Positions 63,596 to 64,000 of a DNA stretch of 64,000 bases are shown piece after piece. The DNA lies in IMG/VR virus record IMGVR_UViG_3300033153_013547, positions 197,125 through 261,124 of that record; one strand, 5' to 3'. Each line of letters begins with the position of its first letter. Position 1 is the first letter of the stretch. The position numbers and the translations under genes were made by a program. The notes beneath the pieces were generated by a model. That model was not told the DNA's origin. It made no database searches and saw only the letters and a list, made by a program, of their open reading frames with translations.

Positions 63596-64000
63596 TTATT
63601 CAAACAGCAGTTCCTCATCCTTGACACGCTTCTTTGCAGTTTCAAGGTAATCTTTCTCTACCTCGAATCCGATGAACTTCCTTCCGATCTTGTACGCAGC
63701 TACAGCCGTCGTTCCCGATCCGAGGAACGGATCCATTACAACATCGTCCGGATTTGAACCAGCGCGTATGATCCTATCGAGCAAAGCAATTGGCTTCTGT
63801 GTTGGGTGTTTACCGTACTTCTTTTCGCTTTTTGCGGGTGGGTAAATCTCCCAAACAGATTTCATTTGTTTGCCGCCATTTTCGGCTTTCATTTCGCTGT
63901 AGTTATACGTATGACGGCTTTTTTCGGATTTCGCCGCCCAGATTATCTCCTCGCTCGCGTGTGTGAAATAACGGCACGACAGATTCGGTGGCGGATTGGG
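63596..64000 (-). CDS. dpnA: DpnA (M2.DpnII)-like beta-class N6A MTase, 5' end outside the window
   Basis: Hand translation from 64000: PNPPPNLSCRYFTHASEEIIWA...NY..MK..NGGKQM..VW...EKKYGKHPTQKP...DPFLGSGTT. Confidence 0.75.
   Translation of the reverse strand, partial: PNPPPNLSCRYFTHASEEIIWAAKSEKSRHTYNYSEMKAENGGKQMKSVWEIYPPAKSEKKYGKHPTQKPIALLDRIIRAGSNPDDVVMDPFLGSGTTAVAAYKIGRKFIGFEVEKDYLETAKKRVKDEELLFE

Noticed and set aside
1-64000. Alternative genetic code (stop-codon reassignment)
   Set aside because: Conserved genes are full-length in code 11, and TAA, TAG and TGA all end genes with coupled downstream starts. The TGG/TGA difference at 43476 is a single nonsense change.
1-64000. CRISPR array, tRNA or structured ncRNA
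   Set aside because: No regularly spaced repeats and no cloverleaf or T-loop motif in the few intergenic gaps; a covariance-model search would be needed to exclude them fully.

Overview
A 64 kb fragment of a large, AT-rich tailed dsDNA phage genome. No rRNA, tRNA, CRISPR array, integrase, transposase or reverse transcriptase was recognised. Bases 46-6345 are on the + strand: two large probable virion proteins, RuvC, a sigma-70-like factor and a GroES. Nearly everything from 6342 to 64000 is on the - strand. That part holds a lysis cassette (PG-binding/CHAP endolysin, holin-like protein, patatin-like lipase, unannotated micropeptides), a ~1560-aa tail fibre, and a restriction-modification-like island (4 DNA MTases, 4 nuclease-like genes). 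It continues with many small accessory genes and a replication/recombination block (primase, DnaE, UDG, RecA, SSB, Rad52/Sak, DnaB, UvrD). It ends in a compositionally foreign CpG-rich island (~59.9-64 kb) with three tandem YopX genes and a DpnA-like MTase. The most striking feature is DnaE encoded in THREE genes. Parts 2 and 3 are joined by a naturally split intein (FNK|C...N|SH) with an unrecognised gene wedged between the halves. Parts 1 and 2 are separated without any intein; part 2 starts with a degenerate duplicate of the end of part 1, and a repeat-bounded cassette lies in the gap. Also notable are four divergent GroES paralogs and strong CpG depletion of the core genome. All family assignments come from motifs read by eye; no database searches were run.
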